64,000 nucleotides of DNA from Caldisericota bacterium (GTDB lineage: Bacteria > Caldisericota > Caldisericia > JAAYUI01), in contig JAKPMO010000023.1 of assembly GCA_029548865.1 (NCBI GenBank), positions 11,453 to 75,452 of the forward strand. The letters run 5' to 3'. The notes under the pieces are model-generated. The model saw only the letters and a list, made by a program, of their open reading frames with translations, did no database searches and had not been told where the DNA came from. The position numbers were made by a program, and so were the translations under genes. This document shows, one piece after another, positions 63,932 to 64,000 of the stretch (positions are counted from its first letter, which is position 1; each line of letters opens with the position of its first letter).

Positions 63932-64000
63932 TCATCTAATAAACTCTTGTTTAAACATCATGGGAATAGGAATTTCCACCTTCTCGAGCTTGTCTGGTTT
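63932..64000 (-). CDS. 3' end of a fourth paralogue, truncated by the window edge
   Basis: Translates KPDKLEKVEIPIPMMFKQEFIR*, matching the neighbours' NLDKLEK...FIR* ends. Confidence 0.75.
   Translation of the reverse strand, partial: KPDKLEKVEIPIPMMFKQEFIR

Noticed and set aside
59512..64000. DGR or shufflon explanation for the paralogue array
   Set aside because: No reverse transcriptase, recombinase or inverted sites in the window; differences include indels and are not adenine-specific

Overview
Bacterial chromosomal window using the standard code, about 45% GC by eye. The gene content (stalk/copper-amine-oxidase-N surface proteins, PQQ propellers, split fumarase, ETF, GDH) suggests an anaerobe, possibly Caldisericota-like; this is inference only. 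It holds about 52 CDS (purD, purE, hsp20, gdhA, etfBA, class I fumarase alpha/beta, smc, copA, menA, menG, a MarR-ABC cassette, several large secreted proteins) and a 23S-5S rRNA unit. I saw no tRNA, CRISPR array, integrase or transposase. Main points of interest: (1) a full-length archaeal-type GatE in a bacterium, with no gatD nearby; (2) a 23S-5S unit with its own promoter and no 16S, whose 23S has A2059G and an atypical helix-35 loop; (3) about ten genes that look leaderless, with a -10 box 6-8 nt before the start codon; (4) an SMC with a shrunken hinge; (5) a cysteine-desulfurase homologue lacking the catalytic Cys and His; (6) an array of at least 4 conserved/variable lipoprotein paralogues; (7) an alphaCTD-sigma4 fusion behind hsp20; (8) a gene whose 3' two-thirds falls to about 20% GC. 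All family assignments come from recalled motifs, not database searches.
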